A DNA stretch of 64,000 bases, taken from assembly GCA_043228905.1 (NCBI GenBank), contig JBHGNT010000021.1:4092001-4156000 (forward strand). Direction: 5' to 3'. Numbering within the stretch: the stretch's first letter is position 1; the number at the start of each line of letters is the position of its first letter. Shown here one piece after another: positions 1-11,056 of the stretch. Origin of the DNA: Azolla caroliniana. Lineage: Eukaryota > Plantae > Polypodiophyta. The position numbers were made by a program, and so were the translations under genes. Below the pieces are notes generated by a model, which worked only from the letters and a program-made list of their open reading frames with translations, was not told where the DNA came from and ran no database searches.

Positions 1-491
1 GGACGGACGCGACACGAGGAGATCGGCATTCCGATACAGGTGGAGCGTGATCCGGTCGTGGATCGTTCGATCGGGGCCGGATTTGGCATGAAAGTGCCGA
101 TACGGAAGGGGGTGCGGGACGAGCCGCCCTCTTTTACATGGGGAGAAAGACCGACCGGGCGAAGGTCGAGAGTTGGAAGGAGAATGAAAGCTAGTCCTAT
201 GGAGTTCCTTACACCGATCCGGCTGCCGGCCCGAGTGCCGACGTGAGTCCTATAAGAGAGATCGGTGGCGATAGGAGAACGGGACTCGGCAATCCGGAGA
301 ATGACGAACGGACCCGAGCGAGAACCGGGCGGAGCGGACTCCCAGATGACCATTTCGGGAGGGAGGAAGAGAGCTGGCCTACGAAGAGGCCGAGGACGCG
401 GTACGTCGGTACCACGGGAGAGGGTGCGGAACAAAACGCCCTCTCGGCATGCGGAAAAGGACGACCCGGGATAGGGTCGGGGCTGCAAATC

Positions 492-857
492 GGGCGGTCT
501 ACGGAGGATCCTTCACACCGGTTCTAGAGACTTCGGCAGTCGGCAACACGGTCGACGTAAGACCATGATATTGACGGTGGCGGCAAGGTGACGAAGGCAA
601 AAGGGCTACGGATGGGCGGTCTACGGAGGATCCTTCACACCGGTTCTAGAGACTTCGGCAGTCGGCGACGTGGTCGACGTAAGACCAAGATACTGATGGT
701 GGCGGCAAGGTGACGAAGGCAAAAGGGCTACGGATGGGCGGTCTACGGAGGATCCTTCACACCGGTTCTAGAGACTTCGGCAGTCGGCAACGCGGTCGAC
801 GTAAGACCAAGATACTGACGGTGGCGGCAAGGTGACGAAGGCAAGGGCGTAAGGAAG
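492..857 (+). repeat. Tandem repeat, 3 x 122 bp, with further degenerate copies downstream
   Basis: gggcggtctacggaggatccttcacaccggttctagagacttcggcagtcggc starts at 492, 614 and 736. Confidence 0.9.
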
Positions 858-1629
858 TCCGGTCCTACGGGATCCCCACACTTAACCAGAGACTCCGGTA
901 GTTCGGCCAACGTGGCAACATGAGACCGAGAGAGAAGGTTGGTGGCGGCGGGAAACGGGACCCGACGACGCGGAAGACACGAGGAGAGTCCGGGAGGGAC
1001 TCAAACAAAAGACACCCGAATTTCGGCAAGCATAGACACGGAGCCCGGTCCTATGGGACCCTCACACCGATCCGAAGACCCCGGCTGATCGGCCAACGTG
1101 GCAACGTAAGACCGAGGGAGAAGGAAGGTGGCGGCAGGGAACGGGACCCGACGACACGAGGTTTCAGAAGGAGCCGGTAGGGGCAAACATGGGGAGGTGT
1201 GTCAGGCCGGAAAGGCACACCTGGGACGGAATAAGAGTCTCACAAGTGGCCATCGCGGTGTCGTGAAGATTTTCGGCAATAGTGTGAAAATCCCATAAAA
1301 CGTACGAAATCGAGTATGAATCACATAATACAATAATTGTGAAGAAAACATTTTTAATATCCAAGTACAAAATGATGGAGGTTTCGAATGCACTTTATTA
1401 CACGAGAAATGGACAACTAAATGTCAAGATATGAGGGTATAAAGTTTGTGAAAAGAAAAGAGAAAATTGTGAGATATCCCACATAGGCACGACAAATACA
1501 GCTCTCATCATATAGAAGGTGGAACAAAAGATATTATCTTTGTGTCTATGTGTGGAGCATAAAGAGTTCAAGGTAACTTTAACTTAGAGTGGAGGTGGCT
1601 AGCTACTCGAAAAGGGTTTTGGCCAACCA

Positions 1630-1810
1630 AAACCGGACCGGCGATGGAGCCGGTGATCCGACGGCATCCGACCGCAATCCGGCGGCGGCATGCGGCACCG
1701 GTATGCGGCGTCGGCATCCAGCGGCGGCATCCGGCATCCGGCGTCGGCGTCGGCATCCGGCGGTGACGTCGGCATCGGTATCCGGCGGCGACATCCGGCG
1801 AACCGGCGAC
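1630..1810. repeat. GC-rich low-complexity repeat (GGCATCC/GGCGTC units) inside the solo LTR
   Basis: Repeated ggcatccggc and ggcgtc units. Confidence 0.8.
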
Positions 1811-1855
1811 TAGATAAAATAAATATATATACATATTTACATATACAAGGAGGGC

Positions 1856-1918
1856 AAGTGTGGATTCGAACCTTGCACCTCCAAGTTAGGAGTCAAATGG
1901 CTTACCATTAAGCCATGG
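1856..1918 (-). promoter_or_regulatory. tRNA-like Pol III A-box/B-box cassette within LTR U3
   Basis: Minus strand reads TGGCTTAATGGTAAGCC (A box, perfect D-stem) ... GCAAGGTTCGAATCC (B box). No acceptor stem. Confidence 0.7.
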
Positions 1919-3150
1919 TATTTAGTTGAAATTATATTTCTATCATTGTACTTTTACATGTAAATTCTCATACATGAGAGTTAAAATGAGTGACATGGTT
2001 AGCATGCACCACATGTAATACTTAAGCGCCAAATAGCAAACATGCAATTTATGCATGTCTTGTACCCTCACATGCATCATATGCATGAGAGCATCTATAA
2101 AAGAGGGAAGGGGGAGGAGAAAAAGACGGTTTTTTTTGTATGAAAATTAAGAGGAAGAAATTCGTTATCAAATCAATTGTGTAATCTCAACTTCTCTCTT
2201 TCCCAATCTATCTTAAGTACTTTCTCGCCAAAGCTTGTATCGACTCTAAATCCTTCCGGTCCAGAACCCCGACGGTTCCGCCTCACGATCCGCGCGTAGT
2301 GACGGATCTTCACGACAGCGGGCCGGATCAAAGCGTGACTAAGGGACAGTGTTCGGCACGGGTGGAAGACGACACAAGGGAGGTGCCGGGAACGAGGTGA
2401 CAAGTGCCTAGTGGACTGCATAGGGTCGGAGTCAGGGGATTGCAAGAGAGGCCGGAGGAGGATCCTCCACACTCGCTTCGTAGATCTCGGTAGCTCCGTC
2501 GAAGTAGCGAAGACTGACACGGCAAGCCGGGATGACAAGCTGGTGGGGGCGAGGGGACGACGGCAAACAGAAGACTCAGGACCTGTTGCAGCAGCATGAA
2601 GACGGGAAGGGCCAAGCGGGCTACTACGGGGTGTTCCTCGGATGCAAAGGACACCAGTATGCGGGGAGCGGCGATGCACGATCTGGCCGGAAAAGGGGCC
2701 GACAAGGCGTGCAATGAACCGGAGTACGATACAGGCAGTGCCAAACAACGGACGAGGGTATGTGGCACACGGAGGTGCCGGAGCGGGAAGGCGAGCGCGG
2801 AGAAGACCGAAAAGGGATCCTCCACACCGTTTCGGAGACCATGGCGGTTAGAGCCGACGCGGCGATGTAAGACCATGGAGAAGGAAGGTGGCGGCGAGAG
2901 GACGAGGGCATACGACGGGAGCGGGGCGTTCATACGGCCGAACAAGGGCCAACGGAAGTATGCGTACTATGGAGATCACGGTAGAGGACCCATCGACGGG
3001 TCGAACAAGCCTACGGGGAGGTAAGCGCGAAGGAAGAATCGAAGCCGACGGATCAAACCGGCAGCGAGCCGGGATGCGGATCACGGAAGACCGGTTTCTC
3101 ACAGGCCGAAATCTCTCACTCTTCAACTGGACTTGGCACATACTGGCGGA

Positions 3151-3755
3151 TGTCGTGAAGAATTTCGGCCAGAGGCGGAAACCGGGAAACATTGGCTACA
3201 TCGGCGGGGTGCAGCGTGTGTATGCACCCATGTACATTTAGTGTGAATAACGAGGGCGCCTTTATGGCGCCGAAGAGTAGTCAAGTCGGGACAGACGGTC
3301 CCATGTAAGTCGGGGTTTATCCCACATTGTAACGCATCCCTGTCCTTGTTCTATAAAAGGAAAGGAACACCCTTTGTGAAAGGGTTGCCCATTTTGCATT
3401 AGAGGGCATACCGTTAGGTTTAGAGTTAGTTTCTTCTTCTTCTTCTTCTTCTTCCCCTTCGTGTTCTCTTAGGGTTTGCTTCAGCTCATCTCCTGCGCAA
3501 GACCCCGCTCGACGTGACGAGCCCGTGAGCTCCCCGACCGGCGGCTTGGCAGTTGACGACTACTGTAACCTACCTCGGTCCGGCTCGACGCCGGGAATGT
3601 ATTCTTCTTTTATATATATATATATATATACGTTTGCGTTTGTCTGTGTATATTCGCGTCTTCGTTGGTGTCGGGTGCTTCCCCTTTCTTGCATTTCCTG
3701 TACTTAAGGGTGTGAGTCGGGTTGGCCTGTGTGTGTGCGTGAGTCGGTGTTAAGT

Positions 3756-3792
<37 letters not shown>

Positions 3793-3920
3793 AGTTGCTT
3801 CCGGTGTGCTTCTGGGATGCCCCGGAGACGGTGAAGCACGACTTCCTACGCTCCATCACTCCCTAGTCCAAGACCCCCGTGGTCCCGCCTTTCTCCACGC
3901 ACGCGCGTAACAACGCGACA
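3151..3920 (+). repeat. 3' LTR of the non-autonomous element
   Basis: TGTCGTGAAG start, CGCGACA end followed by ACGT; internal (CTT)n, (TA)n and (CT)n microsatellites. Confidence 0.8.
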
Positions 3921-5747
3921 ACGTGACAACTATCCCACCAAACTAGCATGTTCTCTTTGTAAATTATATTGATTTGAGGATTAAATAATATTTTATTCCT
4001 TATTTTTTTATGTGTTTCCCTCCTCTCTTAAACAAGTGCATATAGATCCACCTACTCCAACAATGCCATGATGTAGTGTAGGCTAGGTTGGAGGGCAAAA
4101 TCATGATCAAGCTCATGAATCGCTATGACACTCTTGAGCACCAGCTAGCCAATGTGAAGAGGCCATCCAGGTGCAAGATGAGCAACTTGCGACATGTGGA
4201 ACTCCAAATTGAAATTCTTGAGATGCAATTTCATTTCATAAAACATGCAATGAGAACTAGGTGAAGTGAGTTTTATAATCATATTCTCATTTTTATACCT
4301 TTAGATATGCATCAATTACATAAATATCAATTCTTGTTTGACTCGGGTAACTGCATCAAAACAAATTGTGGATGAAATCATTGAAAGGAGTAGAATGTGC
4401 TAAATCATTCTATCAAATATTGCAAGTGAAGCAACAAATGATAAATGACATTATCAATCATTTGTCTGAGAGAAGAGACTTCCACAGTGATGTTTCTTAA
4501 AGTTTATTGTTCTTTGAGCTATAACAACTCCATACATGGGATTCAAAGTTGAAGAACTAGGATTCCAACTAAGGATAAGCACTAGAGAACTCAAAAAATT
4601 TGACCTTCTAGGAAGTCGATGCATGGATCTAACGCCCAAGAGCAATGACCATCGTAGATGGACCAAGATGTCCTCAACCAACTCTCTCCATAATGTTAAT
4701 CAAGGCATAGAACACCATTGGCACTTTCATTTATGGCCAGGTGGGATGTCATGTGCCTAGGTGTTTAACATCTAAGTTGGACTATATCAACTCCAATCAT
4801 GCCAACATCCTCTTTATGGTTGATTTCCACCCCCCACCAAAGTCCCCTATGATCATTGTTAGGATGTCGTGTTGCCAATCACACACAACTTGAAACTACT
4901 TGTAAAGCAAAGAATTGATCTATTTTAGAATATTATTTTTAAATTAGAATAAAGCACAAGTTTCAAACCCAATGTGACTTACAAATTCTCAAGAGGAGGG
5001 TTTAATTTCAAGGTGTAAGTAATATTGAATTAATAAAATCACATTTTTGTTTTTCAAAACTAGTTTGGAAGGCATGAGTGGAGAGGAGAGCATTGGAGCA
5101 GGAGCATGGCGAGGACTGCGCGCACAGGCTAGCACAACACCACGCCCTCGATTTTGCTCTAGGATCCACCACCATGAACTTTGAATTGGCACGAGCACGG
5201 AGGAGAGTGCACACAGGAGGGATTTACGACTGCTCATCAGCGGTTGTTTTGTTTTGTTCTGTTAGGTTCAGGGCCGGCGGCCTCCACTTCAGACTTGCTA
5301 TCAGGTACCCACTGCAAAACCCCCCCCCCCCCAAAAAAAAAAAAAAAAAAAAACAAAAAAACACAGAACCCATAGTTTTCTATGGTGGGAGGATTTGAAC
5401 TTCCAATAGAACCTAGTTTTCTACAAGGAGAAGGAGGAACAGATCTAAACATCACCTTTTCCCCAGAGGCTAACCGACTCTTATTGTCATACCTGTTTGT
5501 GACAGTTAGCAGTGGAAATCAAATGTCTATGTCGTACTTCCTTTGTATGTAGGTTTCTTGTGGGTGGACCAAGTCGTGGCATGGTTCGGGACATGCTCCA
5601 AGTGGCAATGATGGAGAATATGGCTTCAATCAAGAGCGTTAGGGGTTTAAGGAAAAATTTCTTCCACATTGAATTGGGTGATGGCACGATGATGCAACCA
5701 CTGGTAGAGCTCAAGGTGCTGAAGATGTGGTCACTAGGGTTCAACAA

Positions 5748-6343
5748 TGTTGAGAATCACCGCTTGGATTCACCTTCTTCCCTCGGCCACAACCGAGTAA
5801 TCGCGGATCAATGGAGCAGAAAATAGGAACCAAAAGAAGAAATACACGAGACGCGTTTACACAGGGATTAACGTGGAAAACCCTAGATGGGAAAAACCAC
5901 GGGAGTACGAGACTCCAAACCAACACTATACAGAGAAGTATACAATGGCGAGCTGCAAGGCGACGACCTTGAGCTCGCTGTCCTCGCCACAGGCGGCGGA
6001 AATACACAGAGGCGTCTACCTCTTCCTCTCTCGCGCTCTATCTCTCTCTCTCTCTCTCTCACGGCTGCTTTCTCTCTTCACTCCTCTAAAGTGGAAAAAC
6101 AGAAAAAGATCAGCAACAATAAAACTGTTTGCCCTAAGTCATATTTATACTTATATGACTTTGGGCTATTTACAACTGTAGCCTCAGGGGCCCATAGCGA
6201 ACATATTCACGGATATGTCCCTGCATCCGGATCGCTCTCCGGGTACATTCGTCATCCGGTGCCGAAACCGGGGTCTTCGTCATCCGGATCCGAAACCGAA
6301 ACCGGATCCGACCATCCCATCCGAAGGGACCGTAATCCCAACA
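5748..6343 (-). repeat. Copia A 3' LTR (596 bp)
   Basis: Direct repeat of 10459-11056; abuts the PPT at 6344-6355. Confidence 0.97.
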
Positions 6344-6353
6344 AACTCCCCCT

Positions 6354-9300
6354 TCACTTCGGCATGGGATGTCTCTCCAATCCGATCCTCTTCCGGCATG
6401 CTTCCAGCTTGTCGGGTGTGAGCACCTTGGTCAGCATATCCGACCCGTTCTCGTCCGTGTGGATCTTCGTCAGCACGAACTCCTTGTCTTCTATCCTTTC
6501 CCGGATCCAGTGATATCTTCGCTGGATGTGCTTCGTCCGGGAGTGATAGGCCGCGTTCTTCGCAAGGTGGATTGCACTCTGACTGTCGCAGTAGAGTCGG
6601 TACTCCTCCTGCCGGATACCGAGCTCTCTAATGAAGTCCTTCATCCATATTATTTCCTTGCCGGCTTCAACAGCTGCCATGTACTCCGCCTCCGTGGTTG
6701 ACAACGCAACCGTCTTCTGCAGCCTCGACTGCCACGAAACTGCTCCCCCTGCATACGTCATCACATACCCTGATGTGGACCGGCTGGTATCTGCATCAGC
6801 CGACATATCCGAATCGGTGAAGCCGTCGAGTTCGGGCTTACCGGAGCCGAATCGGAGGCACACGTTTGCCGTGCCCTTCAGGTATCGGAGTATCCACTTG
6901 GCCGCGTTCCAATGCTCTTTGCCGGGATTGCTCATGTACCGGCTCACCACTCCGACTGCATATCCGATGTCCGGTCTCGTACACACCATGGCGTACATCA
7001 AGCTCCCGACGGCTGAGGCATATGGCACTTTCATCATATCCTCCTTTTCAGCCTTTGTCTTGGGACTTTGCTTGTTGGACAGCTTGCAGTTTGCCGGGAG
7101 GGTCGATCCGACCGGTCTTGCTTCCGACATGTTGAACCGGTGAAGCACCTTCGTCACGTACTTCTCCTGTGACAGCCACAACTGCTTCTTCTTCCGGTCC
7201 CGGATGATATGCATCCCTAGTATTTGCCTCGCCGGACCCAAGTCCTTCATTGAGAAGGTTCGGTGAAGAGCCTTCTTCAGCATCCGTATCTTGACCTGGT
7301 CCCGTCCGACGATCAACATGTCGTCCACGTACAGGAGGAGTATTAGGAAGTCTCCTCCTTCGAACTTCTTCACAAACACGCAGTGGTCAGACTGCGTTTT
7401 GAGGTACCCTTCGTCGGTCATGAAGGAGTCGAATTTCCGGTACCATTGCCGGGGAGCCTGCTTCAGTCCGTAAAGGCTCTTCTTCAACCGGCATACCAGG
7501 TGCTCCTTCCCTTTCTTCTCGAATCCTTCCGGTTGCTGCATGTAGATCTCTTCTTCGAGGTCACCGTGAAGGAATGCCGTCTTCACGTCCATCTGTTCTA
7601 CCTCGAGGTCCATGCTTGCCGCTATGCTCAGCACCGTCCGGATGGAGGTCATCTTCACTACCGGGGCAAATATCTCGTCGAAGTCGACGCCCTTCTTCTG
7701 CTGAAACCCCTTCACCACGATCCTGGCTTTGTATCTCGGGGGGTTTCCGGCATCTCCCGGTTTCAGCTTGAACACCCACTTGTTACGGAGTGCCCGTTTT
7801 CCTTTCGGCAACTCCACAAGTTCATATGTGTGGTTCTCATGCAGGGAATCCATCTCGTCCTGCATGGCACTCAACCACCTGCGGCTCTGGGTGTCATGCT
7901 TTGCTTCTTCAAAGCTCTCCGGCTCCCCCTCGTCGGTTAGCAGCACATGCTCTGGTTCCGGAAATCTCCGGGGGGCCCTTCTCTCTCTTAGAGGATATCT
8001 CCGTTCCGGAGCTTCGGTAACCGGTTCTTCCGATTCTTCTTCTTCATCCGAATCCATTTCGGGATCGGGGCCGGTTCCGGTATCATTTTCATCTTCTTCG
8101 GCCGGTTCTGTTTCTTCACCGTCTTCGGCCGGATCCTCGAGTGCTAACCGGTCCCTTGCCGGTCGGGACTGCTCCCCGTAGAGTTGATCCTCACCGGTCG
8201 ACTTGGAGCTCTTCATCTTCTTCTCCGACTCCCAGTCGGCGAGTGTCTTGTTCTCCATGAAGATGATATCACGACTCCGGAATATCTTCCTTTCAACCGG
8301 GTCCCATACTCGGTAGCCGAACTCGTCGTCGCCGTAACCGAGGAATATGCATGGCAGGGTCTTTGGATCTAGCTTTCCTCTCCGGTCCTTTGCCACATGC
8401 ACGTATGCGAGACACCCGAACACCTTCAGATGCCGGTAGGATACTTCCCTTCCAGTCCACACTCTCTGCGGCGTGTCTCCGTCCAAAGGTACTGAGGGTG
8501 ATCTGTTTATCACATATGTCGCCGTCGACATTGCCTCAGCCCAAAATCCCTTGGGTAATTTCGCATGTGCCAGCATACTCCGGACCCTCTCCATTATGGT
8601 CCGGTTCATCCTCTCGGCCAGCCCGTTCAGTTCCGGCGTCTTCGGCACAGTAAACTCGAGTCGGATTCCCTTCGAGCGACAGTACTCCTGGAACTGCCCC
8701 CGGTATTCCCCTCCGTTATCCGCTCGTATCGCTTTCAGCTTCTTGCCGGATTCCCTTTCCACTCTCGCGTGGAGTTCTTTGAAGACGGACAACACTTGGT
8801 CCTTTGTCTTCATCGGTGCCGTCCACAGTCTTCGGCTATGATCATCTATGAAAGTTACGAAGTACTGGGCTCCGCCATGTGACTTCGTTTCTACCTGACA
8901 CACATCGGTGTGCACCAACTCCAATGGTGCGCTACGTCTCGTCGGTGGCCTTGAGTGGAAGGAGGTTCGGTTCTGCTTACCGGCCAGGCAATCGGTGCAC
9001 TTCTCCAGGTGCACATGCTTCACTGGAATAAGGTTGTCTTCTGCAAGCCTCTTCATCCCCTTCTCACTCATGTGGCACAGTCTTTTGTGCCACAGCTCAC
9101 CGGCAGTGTCGGCTGCCACATTCAGCTCTTCCGGACATAACCGGGCATTCATCAGGTACAGTGTGTTGTCTTTCCGGGCCCGAGCCACTATCAGGCTCCC
9201 CTTGCTGAACTTCATTACGCCGTTCTGGATGCTACCCGTGTAGCCTTCATCATCTAGCCTCCCGGCCGAAATCAGGTTCAGTCGGACCTCCGGAACGTGT

Positions 9301-10430
9301 CGGACATTCTTCAGCAGCATTTTACATCCGGTCGGGGTTGTCAACCACACATCTCCTATGCCGGCAATTCGGCACGTACCTTCGTTTCCCATCCGAACAC
9401 AGCCATGCTCACCGGCTGTGTAGGATGAGAAGTATCTTCTCTCCGGGGTCAGGTGGAACGATGCTCCGGAATCGACCACCCAGGTCGTCTCATCGCCGGC
9501 AATGTTTAGTTCACCTTCTTCGGTGATGAGCATGATTTCTTCCTCACTTGCCGCGAGTGCCGTTGTTCCTTTCCGGTCCTGCCCTCGCCGATCCGAACCT
9601 CTCCGGTCCGTGGCTCCCCGGTATGCACCGTTTCTCTCCGGTGACTTCTTCGAATCGGTGTCGTCGGCTCCGTTGTCTTTTCGGTAATGCCGACAATTCT
9701 TTCGGAAGTGCCCCGGCTTCCCACAGTGGAAGCATGTGGGCCTTCCTCTTGACCGCGACCGGGTCCCCGACTTCTCTCGTCTTTGCGGACTCCGGTTCCA
9801 TTGTCTTCCCCGATCCGATTCGGTAAGCAGCGCCTTCGAGTCGGAGGCCGGTTCTTTATCTCTCCGACGCGCTTCTTCGTTCAAAATACTTGTCTTTACC
9901 GTTTGTAAGGACAGGTTGTCTTCGGTGCAGGAGGTGCTGAGAGTCACCACCAAGTTCTCCCAGCTATCCGGCAATGTACACATCAGGATGATGGCTTGCA
10001 TTGCATCCTCCAACGGGAACTTGATCGCCGCAAGCTGATTCACGAATCCCATGAACGTGCTTACGTGTTCCACCATACTCTCGCCGTCCCGGTACTTGAG
10101 ATTTACTATCTTCCTCATCAGGGAGGTCCGGTTCAACGCATTCTTCCTCTCGTAGAGGCCCGACAGCTTCTTCCACATCTCATATGCGTTGGTGTCGTTC
10201 GCCACATGTTGTAGGACGCTTACATCGACATATTGTCGGATCGTCGCTACGGCTTTCCGGTTCAGGAGCTTCCACTCCGACTCAAGTACCCCTTTCGGTA
10301 TTTCCGACCTGTCAATCGGTTCATACAGGTCCCGAACGATCAGAAGGTCCTCCATCTTGATCTTCCAATCGGCGTAATTCTGCGCGTTCAGCACCATCAT
10401 CCCCGGCTGCCCGCTGCCGCCGCCTTCCAT
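6354..10430 (-). CDS. Copia gag-pol polyprotein (gag, CCHC knuckle, protease, integrase, RT, RNase H)
   Basis: CFHCGKPGHFRKNC; WVVDSGAS; LWHKRLCH...CTDC; VHTD/DNGGE/NGLAE integrase; YVDD RT; FTDSD...TKHI RNase H. The likely ATG is at 10430 just after the PBS; the ORF-track extension to 10718 is LTR sequence. Confidence 0.96.
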   Translation of the reverse strand: MEGGGSGQPGMMVLNAQNYADWKIKMEDLLIVRDLYEPIDRSEIPKGVLESEWKLLNRKAVATIRQYVDVSVLQHVANDTNAYEMWKKLSGLYERKNALNRTSLMRKIVNLKYRDGESMVEHVSTFMGFVNQLAAIKFPLEDAMQAIILMCTLPDSWENLVVTLSTSCTEDNLSLQTVKTSILNEEARRRDKEPASDSKALLTESDRGRQWNRSPQRREKSGTRSRSRGRPTCFHCGKPGHFRKNCRHYRKDNGADDTDSKKSPERNGAYRGATDRRGSDRRGQDRKGTTALAASEEEIMLITEEGELNIAGDETTWVVDSGASFHLTPERRYFSSYTAGEHGCVRMGNEGTCRIAGIGDVWLTTPTGCKMLLKNVRHVPEVRLNLISAGRLDDEGYTGSIQNGVMKFSKGSLIVARARKDNTLYLMNARLCPEELNVAADTAGELWHKRLCHMSEKGMKRLAEDNLIPVKHVHLEKCTDCLAGKQNRTSFHSRPPTRRSAPLELVHTDVCQVETKSHGGAQYFVTFIDDHSRRLWTAPMKTKDQVLSVFKELHARVERESGKKLKAIRADNGGEYRGQFQEYCRSKGIRLEFTVPKTPELNGLAERMNRTIMERVRSMLAHAKLPKGFWAEAMSTATYVINRSPSVPLDGDTPQRVWTGREVSYRHLKVFGCLAYVHVAKDRRGKLDPKTLPCIFLGYGDDEFGYRVWDPVERKIFRSRDIIFMENKTLADWESEKKMKSSKSTGEDQLYGEQSRPARDRLALEDPAEDGEETEPAEEDENDTGTGPDPEMDSDEEEESEEPVTEAPERRYPLRERRAPRRFPEPEHVLLTDEGEPESFEEAKHDTQSRRWLSAMQDEMDSLHENHTYELVELPKGKRALRNKWVFKLKPGDAGNPPRYKARIVVKGFQQKKGVDFDEIFAPVVKMTSIRTVLSIAASMDLEVEQMDVKTAFLHGDLEEEIYMQQPEGFEKKGKEHLVCRLKKSLYGLKQAPRQWYRKFDSFMTDEGYLKTQSDHCVFVKKFEGGDFLILLLYVDDMLIVGRDQVKIRMLKKALHRTFSMKDLGPARQILGMHIIRDRKKKQLWLSQEKYVTKVLHRFNMSEARPVGSTLPANCKLSNKQSPKTKAEKEDMMKVPYASAVGSLMYAMVCTRPDIGYAVGVVSRYMSNPGKEHWNAAKWILRYLKGTANVCLRFGSGKPELDGFTDSDMSADADTSRSTSGYVMTYAGGAVSWQSRLQKTVALSTTEAEYMAAVEAGKEIIWMKDFIRELGIRQEEYRLYCDSQSAIHLAKNAAYHSRTKHIQRRYHWIRERIEDKEFVLTKIHTDENGSDMLTKVLTPDKLEACRKRIGLERHPMPK

Positions 10431-10443
10431 TTTCTGCAACCTC

Positions 10444-10455
10444 GCTCTGATACCA
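10444..10455 (-). promoter_or_regulatory. Primer binding site, tRNA-iMet
   Basis: TGGTATCAGAGC 3 nt from the 5' LTR end. Confidence 0.95.
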
Positions 10456-10458
10456 GAT

Positions 10459-11056
10459 TGTTGAGAATCACCGCTTGGATTCACCTTCTTCCCTCGGCCA
10501 CAACCGAGTAATCGCGGATCAATGGAGCAGAAAATAGGAACCAAAAGAAGAAATACACGAGACGCGTTTACACAGGGATTAACGTGGAAAACCCTAGATG
10601 GGAAAAACCACGGGAGTACGAGACTCCAAACCAACACTATACAGAGAAGTATACAATGGCGAGCTGCAAGGCGACGACCTTGAGCTCGCTGTCCTCGCCA
10701 CAGGCGGCGGAAATACACAGAGGCGTCTACCTCTTCCTCTCTCGCGCTCTATCTCTCTCTCTCTCTCTCTCTCACGGCTGCTTTCTCTCTTCACTCCTCT
10801 AAAGTGGAAAAACAGAAAAAGATCAGCAACAATAAAACTGTTTGCCCTAAGTCATATTTATACTTATATGACTTTGGGCTATTTACAACTGTAGCCTCAG
10901 GGGCCCATAGCGAACATATTCACGGATATGTCCCTGCATCCGGATCGCTCTCCGGGTACATTCGTCATCCGGTGCCGAAACCGGGGTCTTCGTCATCCGG
11001 ATCCGAAACCGAAACCGGATCCGACCATCCCATCCGAAGGGACCGTAATCCCAACA
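10459..11056 (-). repeat. Copia A 5' LTR (598 bp)
   Basis: Matches the 3' LTR apart from one extra CT unit. Confidence 0.97.

Larger units (their letters stand above)
1259..2317 (+). mobile_element. Solo LTR, gypsy-type TGTCG...CGACA family
   Basis: 12-bp terminal inverted repeat TGTCGTGAAGAT/ATCTTCACGACA; 4-bp TSD GCGG at 1255-1258 and 2318-2321; TATA ctataaaag at ~2095. Confidence 0.88.
1..3920 (+). mobile_element. 3' part of a non-autonomous Ty3/gypsy-type LTR element; 5' end lies outside the window; same family as 41342-46420
   Basis: GC-rich repetitive internal region matches the reverse complement of 42200-44300. It ends in an LTR 3151-3920 (TGTCGTG...CGCGACA) with TATA (ctataaaagg) and a U5 motif shared with the 41342 LTR. 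No pol ORF. Confidence 0.8.
5748..11056 (-). mobile_element. Intact full-length Ty1/copia LTR retrotransposon (Copia A)
   Basis: TG...CA LTRs at 5748-6343 and 10459-11056; TSD AACAA on both sides; PBS TGGTATCAGAGC; PPT GAAGGGGGAGTT; uninterrupted gag-pol ORF. Confidence 0.98.

Noticed and set aside
492-857. CRISPR-like appearance of regular repeats (also 30091-30300, 41121-41240, 56840-57005)
   Set aside because: Contiguous tandem units with no unique spacers, no cas genes, and a eukaryotic TE context.
1856-1918. LTR cassettes as functional tRNA genes
   Set aside because: No acceptor stem or consistent anticodon arm, so they are reported only as tRNA-like promoter cassettes.
1-3240. Many overlapping 60-240 aa ORFs here and at 42200-44700
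   Set aside because: They arise from GC-rich repeats, lack recognisable domains and are not conserved between the two family copies.
3925-5030. Possible host exon or transposase remnant
   Set aside because: Only short ORFs with frequent stops and no motif I can recognise.
10431-10718. N-terminal 96 aa of the 1454-aa ORF
   Set aside because: Lies in the LTR/PBS and begins at a non-ATG codon; the plausible start is the ATG at 10430.
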